The position numbers were made by a program, and so were the translations under genes. Below are positions 48,851 through 57,938 of a stretch of 64,000 nt of DNA, one piece after another. The DNA comes from a bacterium (GTDB lineage: Bacteria; RUG730), in assembly GCA_031551405.1 (NCBI GenBank), contig JAVBNQ010000003.1:62001-126000 (forward strand). Reading direction: 5' to 3'. The notes beneath the pieces were generated by a model. It ran no database searches and was not told where the DNA came from. It saw only the letters and a program-made list of their open reading frames with translations. Position 1 is the stretch's first letter; every line of letters starts with the position of its first letter.

Positions 48851-51229
48851 ATGGAATTTTTAGATTTTTACGGAAATTATTTTACGATTTTTGTAAGCTT
48901 AACAATAGTCGTGATTTTTTATATATTTGTCTTTGGCAAAAATAAATATATTTTAATCAATAAACTTTTCATAATCGTCAATTCTTTGATAATTCTTTGG
49001 TTTTTAGGCTCGCTTTTAATAAATTTTAATTTTATACCTATAGATTTTAAGCTTTTGATTCAAAGAATTTCGTATATTTTTGGTATTGCGTTAGGCGTTT
49101 TTATTTTAAGACTAGCTAATCAGATCACAAAGGCAAATTTGGAGCGAATTTACAAAATTTTTGATTTTATTGCTTTATTTCTGGCTTTAGCGTTATTTAC
49201 CCAATATTTCATTCCTAACCTAATCCAAAAATCTGACGGTTTTATTCAGAGCTCTTTTGGTTTTTTTTATTATATTTTTATTGCTTATTTTTTGATCGGA
49301 TTTTTTGTATCTTTGCTTGCTTTGGTGTCTGCATTCAAAAAATTAGAGGCTCATAAAAGAACACAATTTATCTACATAATTGTTGGTTTTACTGTAATTT
49401 ATTTAGGTATTTTTATATATTTTGCCACGACGCTTAGGCTGATTTATTTCCACACTCTGTCTGGATATTTGATAAGTTTCGGTCAATTTATTTTATTTTA
49501 CGGTATTCTGAATTTTTGTCTTCCAGGCGTCACGAATTTTAGTTTAGCTTTTAGGTCTTTTTTGAATTGGTTTTTATTTTTAGTCGTTGCATTTCTAGTT
49601 TTTTCGCCATTTTTATTTTTTGCTCATAACTATTTCAATATTGTCTTGCTGATTACTCTAATGTGCCTTTTCATTCCAAATTTGAAGCAAACGATAATGC
49701 AGCCCGCCAAATCCTTCATAATGAAAAAATATCATTACCTCGAAAAATTAGACAAACTAAATTTTTTTGAATACATTAATTCGAATATTATAGACGATTT
49801 AATAAAGCAAGTTTACAAGATTATTGAGATAAAAAGTGTTGCTGTTTTTTATCGTCAATCGAATGGAAAGTTTAAGCTTTTTTGCGGAATTGATTATAAT
49901 ATAAAAGATATCGTGATTGACTTGAGTCTATATCGAGAATTGAATGATGCTGATTTATTTGTTAATTGTGATGAAAAAGCTGATTTATTTCAAAACTTTA
50001 AAGACACTAAAATTCTTTATGTTTTGAGGCATGACACAGAAGGAATTATTGGTTTTTTTCTGCTTGGCGAAAAACTAAAAGGTAGTTTTAATAACGAAGA
50101 TTTTAAAAGACTGAGTAATATTCGACGTATAATTGAAAAAAAATTAGTTTTAGAATTAAAAGTTTTGAGTGATATCGAAAGATCAAAAGAGAATTATCAG
50201 AAATATATTTTGGAGACTACGAAGAGATTCATCGAAATAAAAAAAGAAAAGCAGCTTGCAGAAAGCGTTGTAAATTTTTTAATACGAAATACAGATGTGG
50301 AAAATGCTATTTTTTTTACGATTAATCAATTTAACGATGACAAGAAACCATCATACAGTATTTTGTACGAAACTTCGCCTCTGAATTTGAGCTCCGGGAA
50401 AAAATATGAATATTTTGCGGAATTTTTGTTTAGCAGGCAAGAGATTTTGTATTTCAGTCAAGTCCAAAAACTAGCAATAGACTCGCATTCTTTGAAAGTC
50501 AAAAACACACTGGACTTAATGACTAAAAATAATATTTCGTTTGTAATTCCGCTCATTTTTGAGAGATTGATTGGATTTATTTTGATCAAAGACGACAAAA
50601 AGAATCAGAACGATTACACTATCAACGATCGTCATATTTTTGATTTGGTGGGCTACAGCGCGTCACTTTCCTTGCAAAATATTAAACTGACTGAAGAAAG
50701 CATTATGGATAAATTAACGCATTGTTACAAAAAAGATCATTTTGATTTTCAGCTTCAAGAACAAATTTTTTTCAGCATAAAAAATAGTTTAAATTTTATT
50801 TGTTTAATGATTGATGTCGATAATTTTAAGCAAATAAATGACAAATTCGGACATGTTTTTGGCGACGAGATTCTAGTAAAAGTAAGTTCATTATTAAAGG
50901 AATGTTTACGTGTGAATGATATTGTGTCGAGATGGGGAGGAGAAGAGTTTGCAATAATTTTGACATTTATAGAACTGGAAGAAGCTCGACAAATAGCGGA
51001 GAGAATTCGCGAAAATATTGCAACCAATATACGAGATAAAGCAAATAATAGTATTACTGTTAGTATAGGAATGTGCTTATTCGACGTGAATGGAAAATTG
51101 AATATAAACAAAATTAAACTAGACGAAATTGGGAAAGCTTTTCTCGATAAAGCTGATCAGGCTTTATACAAAGCAAAAAAGAATGGAAAAAATCAAGTCG
51201 TTGTTAACGAGAAATTTGTTGTATCGTGA
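48851..51229 (+). CDS. Membrane-bound diguanylate cyclase (multi-TM sensor, GAF-like domains, GGEEF)
   Basis: About 8-9 N-terminal hydrophobic helices; DKLT, MIDVDNFKQINDKFGHVFGD, RVND I-site, RWGGEEF, ADQALYKAK. Confidence 0.92.
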   Translation: MEFLDFYGNYFTIFVSLTIVVIFYIFVFGKNKYILINKLFIIVNSLIILWFLGSLLINFNFIPIDFKLLIQRISYIFGIALGVFILRLANQITKANLERIYKIFDFIALFLALALFTQYFIPNLIQKSDGFIQSSFGFFYYIFIAYFLIGFFVSLLALVSAFKKLEAHKRTQFIYIIVGFTVIYLGIFIYFATTLRLIYFHTLSGYLISFGQFILFYGILNFCLPGVTNFSLAFRSFLNWFLFLVVAFLVFSPFLFFAHNYFNIVLLITLMCLFIPNLKQTIMQPAKSFIMKKYHYLEKLDKLNFFEYINSNIIDDLIKQVYKIIEIKSVAVFYRQSNGKFKLFCGIDYNIKDIVIDLSLYRELNDADLFVNCDEKADLFQNFKDTKILYVLRHDTEGIIGFFLLGEKLKGSFNNEDFKRLSNIRRIIEKKLVLELKVLSDIERSKENYQKYILETTKRFIEIKKEKQLAESVVNFLIRNTDVENAIFFTINQFNDDKKPSYSILYETSPLNLSSGKKYEYFAEFLFSRQEILYFSQVQKLAIDSHSLKVKNTLDLMTKNNISFVIPLIFERLIGFILIKDDKKNQNDYTINDRHIFDLVGYSASLSLQNIKLTEESIMDKLTHCYKKDHFDFQLQEQIFFSIKNSLNFICLMIDVDNFKQINDKFGHVFGDEILVKVSSLLKECLRVNDIVSRWGGEEFAIILTFIELEEARQIAERIRENIATNIRDKANNSITVSIGMCLFDVNGKLNINKIKLDEIGKAFLDKADQALYKAKKNGKNQVVVNEKFVVS

Positions 51230-51387
51230 AAATTGTAAAATTTGATTTTTCAGAATTATTTAACATTTTGAAATTTGAAAATAATTAATTTAAAATATAA
51301 GCCTAGAAAATTTTAAGTAAAACGTAAAAATCGCGAATTAAATGCTAATAAAAAAACAAAAAATTTAGCAAAAACAAGGAAAAGTTT

Positions 51388-52572
51388 ATGAATCAAGACT
51401 CAAATTTAGATTTATTGACTCGGGGAACGCTGGAAATTATTTCATTTAATGAACTGAAAACTAAATTATCGTCAAACAAAAAATTGAGGATAAAATTCGG
51501 TGCAGATCCGACGGCAAGCGATTTACATCTAGGTCACACTTTGCCTCTGACCAAACTCAAACATTTTCAGGATTTGGGACACGAGATTATTTTTATTATC
51601 GGGGATTTTACGGCGAGTATCGGAGATCCGAGCGGAAGATCAATATTGCGAAAGCCGCTTACAAAAGACGAGATCGAGCGTAATGCAGAAACTTATACTG
51701 CTCAGGTTTTTAAGATTTTGGATAAAAACAAGACGCAAGTTGTTTTCAATAGCGAGTGGCTGTCGAAGCTGGGAATTGAAGGTCTTTTGAATCTGGCGTC
51801 GAAATACACGGTCGCCAGAATGCTAGAACGCGATGATTTTCACAAACGTTATTCTTCAAATTCTCCGATTAGCATTATCGAGTTTTTGTATCCTCTGATC
51901 CAAGGCTATGATTCCGTGCATCTCAAAGCTGATGTTGAGATTGGCGGGAGCGACCAAAAGTTTAATTTGCTCGTAGGTCGAGACTTACAAAAAGATTTTG
52001 GGCAAGAGCCGCAAGTCGTGATGACTGTGCCTATTTTGGAGGGACTCGACGGCGTTAAAAAAATGAGCAAAAGCTATGGAAATTATGTCGGAATCAGTGA
52101 AGAGCCGAAGGAAATTTTTGGGAAAATTATGTCAATTTCAGACGAGCTTATGATGAAATATTACGAACTTTTGACTCTTGAAAATCTTGGCGAATTGAAG
52201 ACAAAACATCCAAAAATCTTGAAAGAAAATTTGGCTGAAATTTTGATCACGAGATTTTATGACGAAGAAAAAGCTAATCTTGCAAAACTTGAGTTCAATA
52301 AAATTTTCAAAGAAAAAGAATTACCTGACAATATTGACGAGTTTTTTGCTACAAAAAATTTGCAAGGACTTTCTGCTCAGGATTTGCTTTTTGAAACAAA
52401 GCTTGCCTCGTCAAAGGCTGAAGCAAAAAGAATGATCGATCAAGGCGCAGTCAAAATTAATTCGCAAAAATGCGAGAATTTTAAAGAAAAAATTATTTTG
52501 ACACATGGAATGATTATTCAATTTGGAAAACGCAAGTTTTTAAAAATTTCGATGGGAACAAAAAATACATGA
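51388..52572 (+). CDS. tyrS: Tyrosine--tRNA ligase
   Basis: [35 protein letters not shown]-terminal S4 domain. Confidence 0.96.
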   Translation: MNQDSNLDLLTRGTLEIISFNELKTKLSSNKKLRIKFGADPTASDLHLGHTLPLTKLKHFQDLGHEIIFIIGDFTASIGDPSGRSILRKPLTKDEIERNAETYTAQVFKILDKNKTQVVFNSEWLSKLGIEGLLNLASKYTVARMLERDDFHKRYSSNSPISIIEFLYPLIQGYDSVHLKADVEIGGSDQKFNLLVGRDLQKDFGQEPQVVMTVPILEGLDGVKKMSKSYGNYVGISEEPKEIFGKIMSISDELMMKYYELLTLENLGELKTKHPKILKENLAEILITRFYDEEKANLAKLEFNKIFKEKELPDNIDEFFATKNLQGLSAQDLLFETKLASSKAEAKRMIDQGAVKINSQKCENFKEKIILTHGMIIQFGKRKFLKISMGTKNT

Positions 52573-53228
52573 GTTCTATCACTGATTTTTTTTCTAACAT
52601 ATTTTTTTCAGGACTTAGTTTAGCTTTCCGTTTTTCCCTAAGTTTTTTTATCCTTCCTTACATTGCAGCTACAAAAAAAAATCTAAAATCCTCGCTTGAT
52701 TCAATCCTTTTTTTATTCCTTGGACGAATGTTTTTTTTATTGTTTTTTGGGCTTTTTGTATCGATTTATCCGGATTTTGTCGACTATTTGTACTTTAACT
52801 CAAAAAATTTGGTTTATATGAATTTTTTATTTGGGTTTATTTTGTTTTTTATTGGCATTATGCTGATTTTTTCCGGAATAAAAAGATATAAATTATTCGA
52901 TTATTTTTACAAATACGACAAATTTTTTATTTTTCTTGTCGGAATTATCATCGGAATGATTCCGAATGTCGTGACAAAATCCTTTTTTTCAGGTTTAATC
53001 GTTAACGTTGAAAATTATGTGCTGTCTTTTTTAAGCACTTTTTTGTTTTGCGTTTTTAGTTTTTTGTCGCCTATGATTTTGTTAGCGATTTTATCCGGAT
53101 TTATCTCGTACAAAATTCATGAAAAAAATGTATTTTTGTATTCAACTCTTCAAAAAATTTGCGGTGCAGTAATCATTTATTTGGGATTTAAAATTGTACT
53201 CGAAGGCTGGTTGCTTTTTAATGTTTGA
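52569..53228 (+). CDS. Integral membrane protein (about 6 TM; DsbD_2 / sulfite-exporter-like)
   Basis: Highly hydrophobic, FFLPY..., FLGR, ..CGAVIIYLG pattern; ATGA overlap with tyrS. Confidence 0.55.
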   Translation: MSSITDFFSNIFFSGLSLAFRFSLSFFILPYIAATKKNLKSSLDSILFLFLGRMFFLLFFGLFVSIYPDFVDYLYFNSKNLVYMNFLFGFILFFIGIMLIFSGIKRYKLFDYFYKYDKFFIFLVGIIIGMIPNVVTKSFFSGLIVNVENYVLSFLSTFLFCVFSFLSPMILLAILSGFISYKIHEKNVFLYSTLQKICGAVIIYLGFKIVLEGWLLFNV

Positions 53229-54108
53229 AAATTCGAGAAATTTTGTAAAAAAACTTGACGATATTTTGAAAAATTGCGTTTTATGTCCACGAGAGTGCCG
53301 CGTCGATAGAACGAACAAAGAAGTTGGATTTTGCAAAACAAAAGACGAGATTTTAATTGCGAGTAATAATTTGCATTTTGGCGAGGAGCCGCCTATCTCC
53401 GGACAACATGGTTCCGGCACAATATTTTTTAGCAACTGTAATTTAGCTTGCGTTTTTTGTCAAAACTATCCAATTAGTCAGCTAGGGAACGGCAAAATTT
53501 ATACGATTGACGAGCTAGTTCAAATTATGCTAAGATTACAATCCTCGGGAGCTCATAATATAAATTTTGTAAGTCCGACGCATTATTCTACGACGGTTGC
53601 ACGAGCCGTTTTTTTTGCCAAACAAAAAGGTTTGAAAATACCAATAGTTTATAATTGCGGTGGCTATGAATCTGAGACGATTATCGAGCTTTTGAAAGAT
53701 ACAGTTGATATTTATTTGGTTGACATGAAATATGGGCTCGACGAGGTAGCACAAAAATATTCAAAGGTTTCTGATTATGTTTCAAAAAATTTTGTTGCGA
53801 TTAAGAAAATGTTCGAAATCGTGGGAAATTTAGAGCTGGACAAAAACGGAATAGCGAAAAAAGGCGTGATTGTTAGGCATTTGGTTTTGCCAGAAAATTT
53901 AGAGAATACAAAGAAGGCTTTGGAAAATTTGGCGAAAATTTTTGATCCTAACAAAGTTTTTTTGAGTTTTATGTCACAATATCATCCGGCTCATAAATCG
54001 TATGAATTCGAAGAATTATCTCGAAAATTAACGCAAAAAGAATACGACGAAAGTTTGAAATATTTGGATGAATTTGGGTTTAAAAACGGTTGGATTCAGC
54101 ATTTTTAA
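53221..54108 (+). CDS. Radical SAM protein, PflX-like
   Basis: CVLCPRECRVDR, HFGEEPPISG..GSGTIFF, CNLACVFC (CxxxCxxC), HNINFVSPTH, VRHLVLP. Confidence 0.9.
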   Translation: MFENSRNFVKKLDDILKNCVLCPRECRVDRTNKEVGFCKTKDEILIASNNLHFGEEPPISGQHGSGTIFFSNCNLACVFCQNYPISQLGNGKIYTIDELVQIMLRLQSSGAHNINFVSPTHYSTTVARAVFFAKQKGLKIPIVYNCGGYESETIIELLKDTVDIYLVDMKYGLDEVAQKYSKVSDYVSKNFVAIKKMFEIVGNLELDKNGIAKKGVIVRHLVLPENLENTKKALENLAKIFDPNKVFLSFMSQYHPAHKSYEFEELSRKLTQKEYDESLKYLDEFGFKNGWIQHF

Positions 54109-54123
54109 AATACAAAAAATTAG

Positions 54124-54468
54124 TAGCCGAAAATTCAAGTCGGCAAAAATATTTTTCGAGCTGGAAAACTGAAAGATTTCAGGTTTTTAAAAACTATTTA
54201 ATCTTTGTCGCTTTTCCTGTTTTTCCCTTGATTTATATGTCTGACTATCTCAGAGGTTCAGCAGACTAGCGTTTTTTGTTTCTTTTTTGGGCGATATCAA
54301 AAAAGAAAAATAAAAGAACGCCGCGCTCGGAAAAAGTGAAAATCTATGCGCGTAGACAGAAAAAGCAAAAAGTTTTGTCGAAGCAAAAAAACGAAAATTG
54401 TTATTTTTCTGAATTTTCTCGATTTTTACAATGTGAATAAACTCTTAAACTTTATCGTTTTTCGGCTA
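54124..54468 (+). other. Structured non-coding element A (candidate ncRNA or repeat)
   Basis: 10-bp terminal inverted repeat 54124-54133/54459-54468; 11-bp hairpin 54279-54308 whose loop can pair with 54206-54212. Confidence 0.45.
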
Positions 54469-54507
54469 TCGACTGCTGTTTTTATTTTCACAAATCGTTT
54501 TCACGAG

Positions 54508-54705
54508 CTTTGTTCATTTTCTTTTGCTCGTCCAGAAAGAAAATGAACCAAAAGAAAACGACGCCCCTAACATTCCGGATATAGGGAAAAATTTTCCAAA
54601 AATTTAAATTTCTAAAGAGACTCGCAGCCCAAAAAGGGGCTCAAACAAGTTTAGAAATTTTAAACGATTTTTTAAAAATTTTTCCGCTTTCCTTCATGAT
54701 GGGGT
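54508..54705 (-). ncRNA. Structured non-coding element B (candidate ncRNA with 3' pseudoknot and triple helix)
   Basis: Perfect stems 54512-54524/54536-54548 (13 bp), 54585-54595/54675-54685 (11 bp), 54606-54616/54650-54660 (11 bp), apical 54626-54641, basal 54563-54567/54701-54705. Confidence 0.5.
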
Positions 54706-54912
54706 TTTGAAAAAACTACATCGTAATTTTTAGAGATTAAAAACAAAAAAACGAGAAATTTTCGCGAAGCGGCGGTTATTGCCTGTCGCGCAACGGCACT
54801 GTATACAAAGCTCAGCAAATTGAATGGTTAATGTCAGACTAAAATTATATGTGAAATTTGATATAGAAGTAAGTTGAAATTGAATGCGATTTAATAGGAT
54901 GAAATTCATAAA

Positions 54913-56088
54913 ATGGAATACAAAAAACGCGATGAATTTTTAGCTTTTGGCAAACCGATTCTAAGTCAAGATGAAATTGACGAGGTGGTTGATACCTTAA
55001 AAAGTGGTTGGCTGGGAACAGGCGCAAAAACTAAACGTTTTGAGAGAGATTTTGCAAATTATATTGGCTCAAAATATGCGATTGCAGTAAATTCGTGTAC
55101 TGCGGCTTTACACCTCGCAATGCTTGGACTTGGAATTGGCGAAGGCGATGAAGTGATTGTTCCGGCGCTAACCTTTTGCGCTACGAGTAACACTGTACTT
55201 CATGCCGGCGCGACTCCTGTTTTAGTAGACGTGGACAGAAAAACTTTCAATATCGATGTAAGGAAAATTGAAGGAAAAATAACTGAAAAAACAAAAGCTA
55301 TTATTCCAGTGCACATGGCGGGAAGATCATGCCAAATGGACGAAATAAAAGCTATTGCAAAAAAATACAATCTTTTTGTGATAGAAGATGCTGCTCATGC
55401 GATCGAGTCAGTTTATCAAAATCAAAAAATTGGGAATATTGGCGATCTTGGTTGTTTTTCGTTTTATGTCACAAAAAATATCACGACGGCAGAAGGCGGA
55501 ATGCTTACCACAAACGACGAAAATCTTGCCGAAAAATTGAGCATTTTGTCTCTTCATGGAATGGACAAAGACGCTTGGAAAAGATTTTCATCGGACGGAT
55601 ATAAACATTACGACGTGATTTATTCGGGGTATAAATATAATATGACGGATATAGCGGCTTCTCTCGGAATTCATCAGCTGAAAAAAGTAAATGAAATGCT
55701 AAAACGTCGCGAGGAAATCTGGAGTATTTACGATGAAGAATTGAAAAATTTGCCTTTGATTTTGCCACAAAAAATGAGTCAAGAAGGGATTCACGCGCGG
55801 CATTTGTACCAGATTTTAATTGACGATACAAAAACAAAAATGACTCGAGACGAAGTTTTACAAAAAATGACGGACCTAAATATTGGAACAGGAGTTCACT
55901 ACAGGGCGCTTCATTTGTACAAATTTTATCGGGAAAAATTTGGTTTTAGAGAAAATGATTTTGAAAATGCGTTTTATGTTTCAAACAGAATTTTGTCAAT
56001 TCCGCTGACTCCTTATTTGACGGACAAAGATGTTTTTGATGTGATTAATGCTTTGAAAATTATTTTTGAGGGCAAAAATGAAAAATAA
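54913..56088 (+). CDS. DegT/DnrJ/EryC1/StrS-family PLP nucleotide-sugar aminotransferase
   Basis: SGWLGTG, NSCTAALH, IIPVH, IEDAAHA, FSFYVTKNITTAEGG, GYKYNM. Confidence 0.93.
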   Translation: MEYKKRDEFLAFGKPILSQDEIDEVVDTLKSGWLGTGAKTKRFERDFANYIGSKYAIAVNSCTAALHLAMLGLGIGEGDEVIVPALTFCATSNTVLHAGATPVLVDVDRKTFNIDVRKIEGKITEKTKAIIPVHMAGRSCQMDEIKAIAKKYNLFVIEDAAHAIESVYQNQKIGNIGDLGCFSFYVTKNITTAEGGMLTTNDENLAEKLSILSLHGMDKDAWKRFSSDGYKHYDVIYSGYKYNMTDIAASLGIHQLKKVNEMLKRREEIWSIYDEELKNLPLILPQKMSQEGIHARHLYQILIDDTKTKMTRDEVLQKMTDLNIGTGVHYRALHLYKFYREKFGFRENDFENAFYVSNRILSIPLTPYLTDKDVFDVINALKIIFEGKNEK

Positions 56089-56842
56089 AAATGGGCAAAT
56101 AATTTTTATGTTTGTTTTTTCTGTTTTGGCTGTATTTGCATTTATAACCTTAATTATAAACGTTTCCAAATTGTCAGTCGCAAAAATAAAATTACAAAAA
56201 GCTGCTGATTCTATAGCCTTGACGATGGCGACATACCAGGCCAGATGTTTTAATGCAATAAGCGATAAAAATTTTATTCTCAAATTTCCGTCAGGAAAAA
56301 AAACTGAAACTTTCAAAAAAGATGACCCGGACAGTTTTTCTTTTCCAGGTATAGATCAAATCAGCATGTACGATGGTTACGAATTTATATCTGAATCAGA
56401 GTTTCAAAATTATTTGAAAATAATTACTCCACATCAAAATCAGCAAGATAAATTTGTGAGCATTTATCAACAAATGATTCCAAGATTAAAGGATGATCTC
56501 ATCGCAAAAAATGATAAAGACGCAAAAGTTTTGGAATCACAAATGTCGCAATTCAATTTTAGAAGAGAAAATGTGCGAATAAAATACCGCGACTGGATTC
56601 ACAGCTCCGGATCTCGAGCTGAAATACGAGTTAATGTTGATGCGTGGATGGTTCATCCGAACTCGTACGTTTATTCTATGGTAACCTTGAATAAAATCGT
56701 AACACTTTGGAATAAAACATTTAATTTGCAGGCTATTGCCTTAGGCGAAGTCGTGAATGTTGGCGCAGAATTGTGGCCGGATCCAAAGCCTCATTATAAA
56801 GCCAAGCTTGGACAAACTCGTGAAAAAGGAGTTTTACATTAA
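56078..56842 (+). CDS. TadG-like pseudopilin / Tad-domain protein
   Basis: MKNKNGQ plus hydrophobic helix, then KLQKAADSIAL typical of Tad N-termini; overlaps the upstream stop. Confidence 0.7.
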   Translation: MKNKNGQIIFMFVFSVLAVFAFITLIINVSKLSVAKIKLQKAADSIALTMATYQARCFNAISDKNFILKFPSGKKTETFKKDDPDSFSFPGIDQISMYDGYEFISESEFQNYLKIITPHQNQQDKFVSIYQQMIPRLKDDLIAKNDKDAKVLESQMSQFNFRRENVRIKYRDWIHSSGSRAEIRVNVDAWMVHPNSYVYSMVTLNKIVTLWNKTFNLQAIALGEVVNVGAELWPDPKPHYKAKLGQTREKGVLH

Positions 56843-57301
56843 TTGTCAAAAATATTTTTAAAAAACAAAAAAGCTCAAGCTTTAGTCGAATTTATATTTT
56901 TAGCGCCTTTACTTTTGTTTATTTTTATGGCCGGATTCAAATTTTACGATATTGCCATAAAGTCGCAAAAGCTTGAAATGGCGTCATATTATGCCGTTAG
57001 GCTTTACAGCAAATATTCTATTCGAGGCGTGAGTAAAGGAAGTATTTACAATTATTTAGATAAAAAAGAAAGGGTTATGAACGAGATTGTAAAACCGCGA
57101 GTTTATAAATATCTCGGCACCAATGAGATTCAGGTTACAATTGAAAATGGAAATGAGATAAAGCTCGTTTGGCCGGTAGAATTAAGTTTTGGAGTTCCTG
57201 GGTTAGTTTTTACAAAGAAGATTGAGCTCAAAGCAGTTGGCGCTATTGAAAACGATCCACTAGAGTATGGTGGGGGAAGAAATGCCGATGATCTTTTTTG
57301 A
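56843..57301 (+). CDS. TadE-like pseudopilin
   Basis: KNKKAQALVEFIFLAPLLL prepilin motif (cleavage before Q, Glu at +5), A..AVR. Confidence 0.8.
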   Translation: MSKIFLKNKKAQALVEFIFLAPLLLFIFMAGFKFYDIAIKSQKLEMASYYAVRLYSKYSIRGVSKGSIYNYLDKKERVMNEIVKPRVYKYLGTNEIQVTIENGNEIKLVWPVELSFGVPGLVFTKKIELKAVGAIENDPLEYGGGRNADDLF

Positions 57302-57314
57302 TAAGGATGAACCT

Positions 57315-57881
57315 ATGGATGAGAAGCAATTAATCAAATTAGCAAAAGGCGGCGATATAAAGGCTTTTGAAATTCTCGTAAATACTCATGAAAAAAAAAT
57401 TTATAGTACTGCATTTTGGATGTTAAATAACAAAGACGATGCTTTGGACGTGACTCAGGAAGTTTTTCTTTACGCCTTTCAAAATCTCAAAAAATTTAGA
57501 GAGCAAAGTAGTTTTTTTACTTGGATCAACTGGATTTTACTGGACCAAGTAAAACGCAAACGCACCAAAAATAAGCTCAATCATTTTTTAAAACCAATCT
57601 TTATGACTGATCATTCAAATGAAGAATCAGAACTTGATTTTTTGGCAGCAAAAAACGACAATCCAACAGATTTAATTATCAAAAAAGAGCAAGAGGATTT
57701 TATACTCGCAAAAATTAATTCTCTGCCAGATAAATACAGTCTTCCGATTATTCTCTGCGATTTACAAAATATGTCGTATAGAGAAGCAGCTGATGTTTTG
57801 AATTGTAGTGAGTCTACGATAAAAATCAGGCTTTTTCGAGCCAGATCAAAACTGAAAGATTTTTTGAAGGCTTTGAAGTAG
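57315..57881 (+). CDS. ECF RNA polymerase sigma factor (RpoE/SigW-like)
   Basis: GDIKAFEILV, DALDVTQEVF, SSFFTWI, SYREAADVLNCSESTIKIRLFRAR; ATG at 57315 after AAGGA. Confidence 0.92.
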   Translation: MDEKQLIKLAKGGDIKAFEILVNTHEKKIYSTAFWMLNNKDDALDVTQEVFLYAFQNLKKFREQSSFFTWINWILLDQVKRKRTKNKLNHFLKPIFMTDHSNEESELDFLAAKNDNPTDLIIKKEQEDFILAKINSLPDKYSLPIILCDLQNMSYREAADVLNCSESTIKIRLFRARSKLKDFLKALK

Positions 57882-57885
57882 ATAC

Positions 57886-57919
57886 AAAAAAAGCCTGGAT
57901 TTTGGTCCAGGCTTTTTTT
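57886..57919. terminator. Bidirectional intrinsic terminator
   Basis: AAAAAAAGCCTGGA-TTTTGG-TCCAGGCTTTTTTT between the convergent sigma and pckG genes. Confidence 0.88.
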
Positions 57920-57938
57920 ATTTTATGATTTATAAAAT

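Noticed and set aside
54346-54546. 66-aa ORF in the structured gap (also 54845-55027 on the minus strand)
   Set aside because: No SD or recognisable motif, and low-complexity F/K composition derived from the T/A tracts of the hairpins
54760-54812. GC-richer patch (GCGAAGCGGCGGTTATTGCCTGTCGCGCAACGGCACTGTATAC) reminiscent of an attC-like half site
   Set aside because: Does not fit RYYYAAC/GTTRRRY, has no complementary arm, and no integrase or second copy is visible
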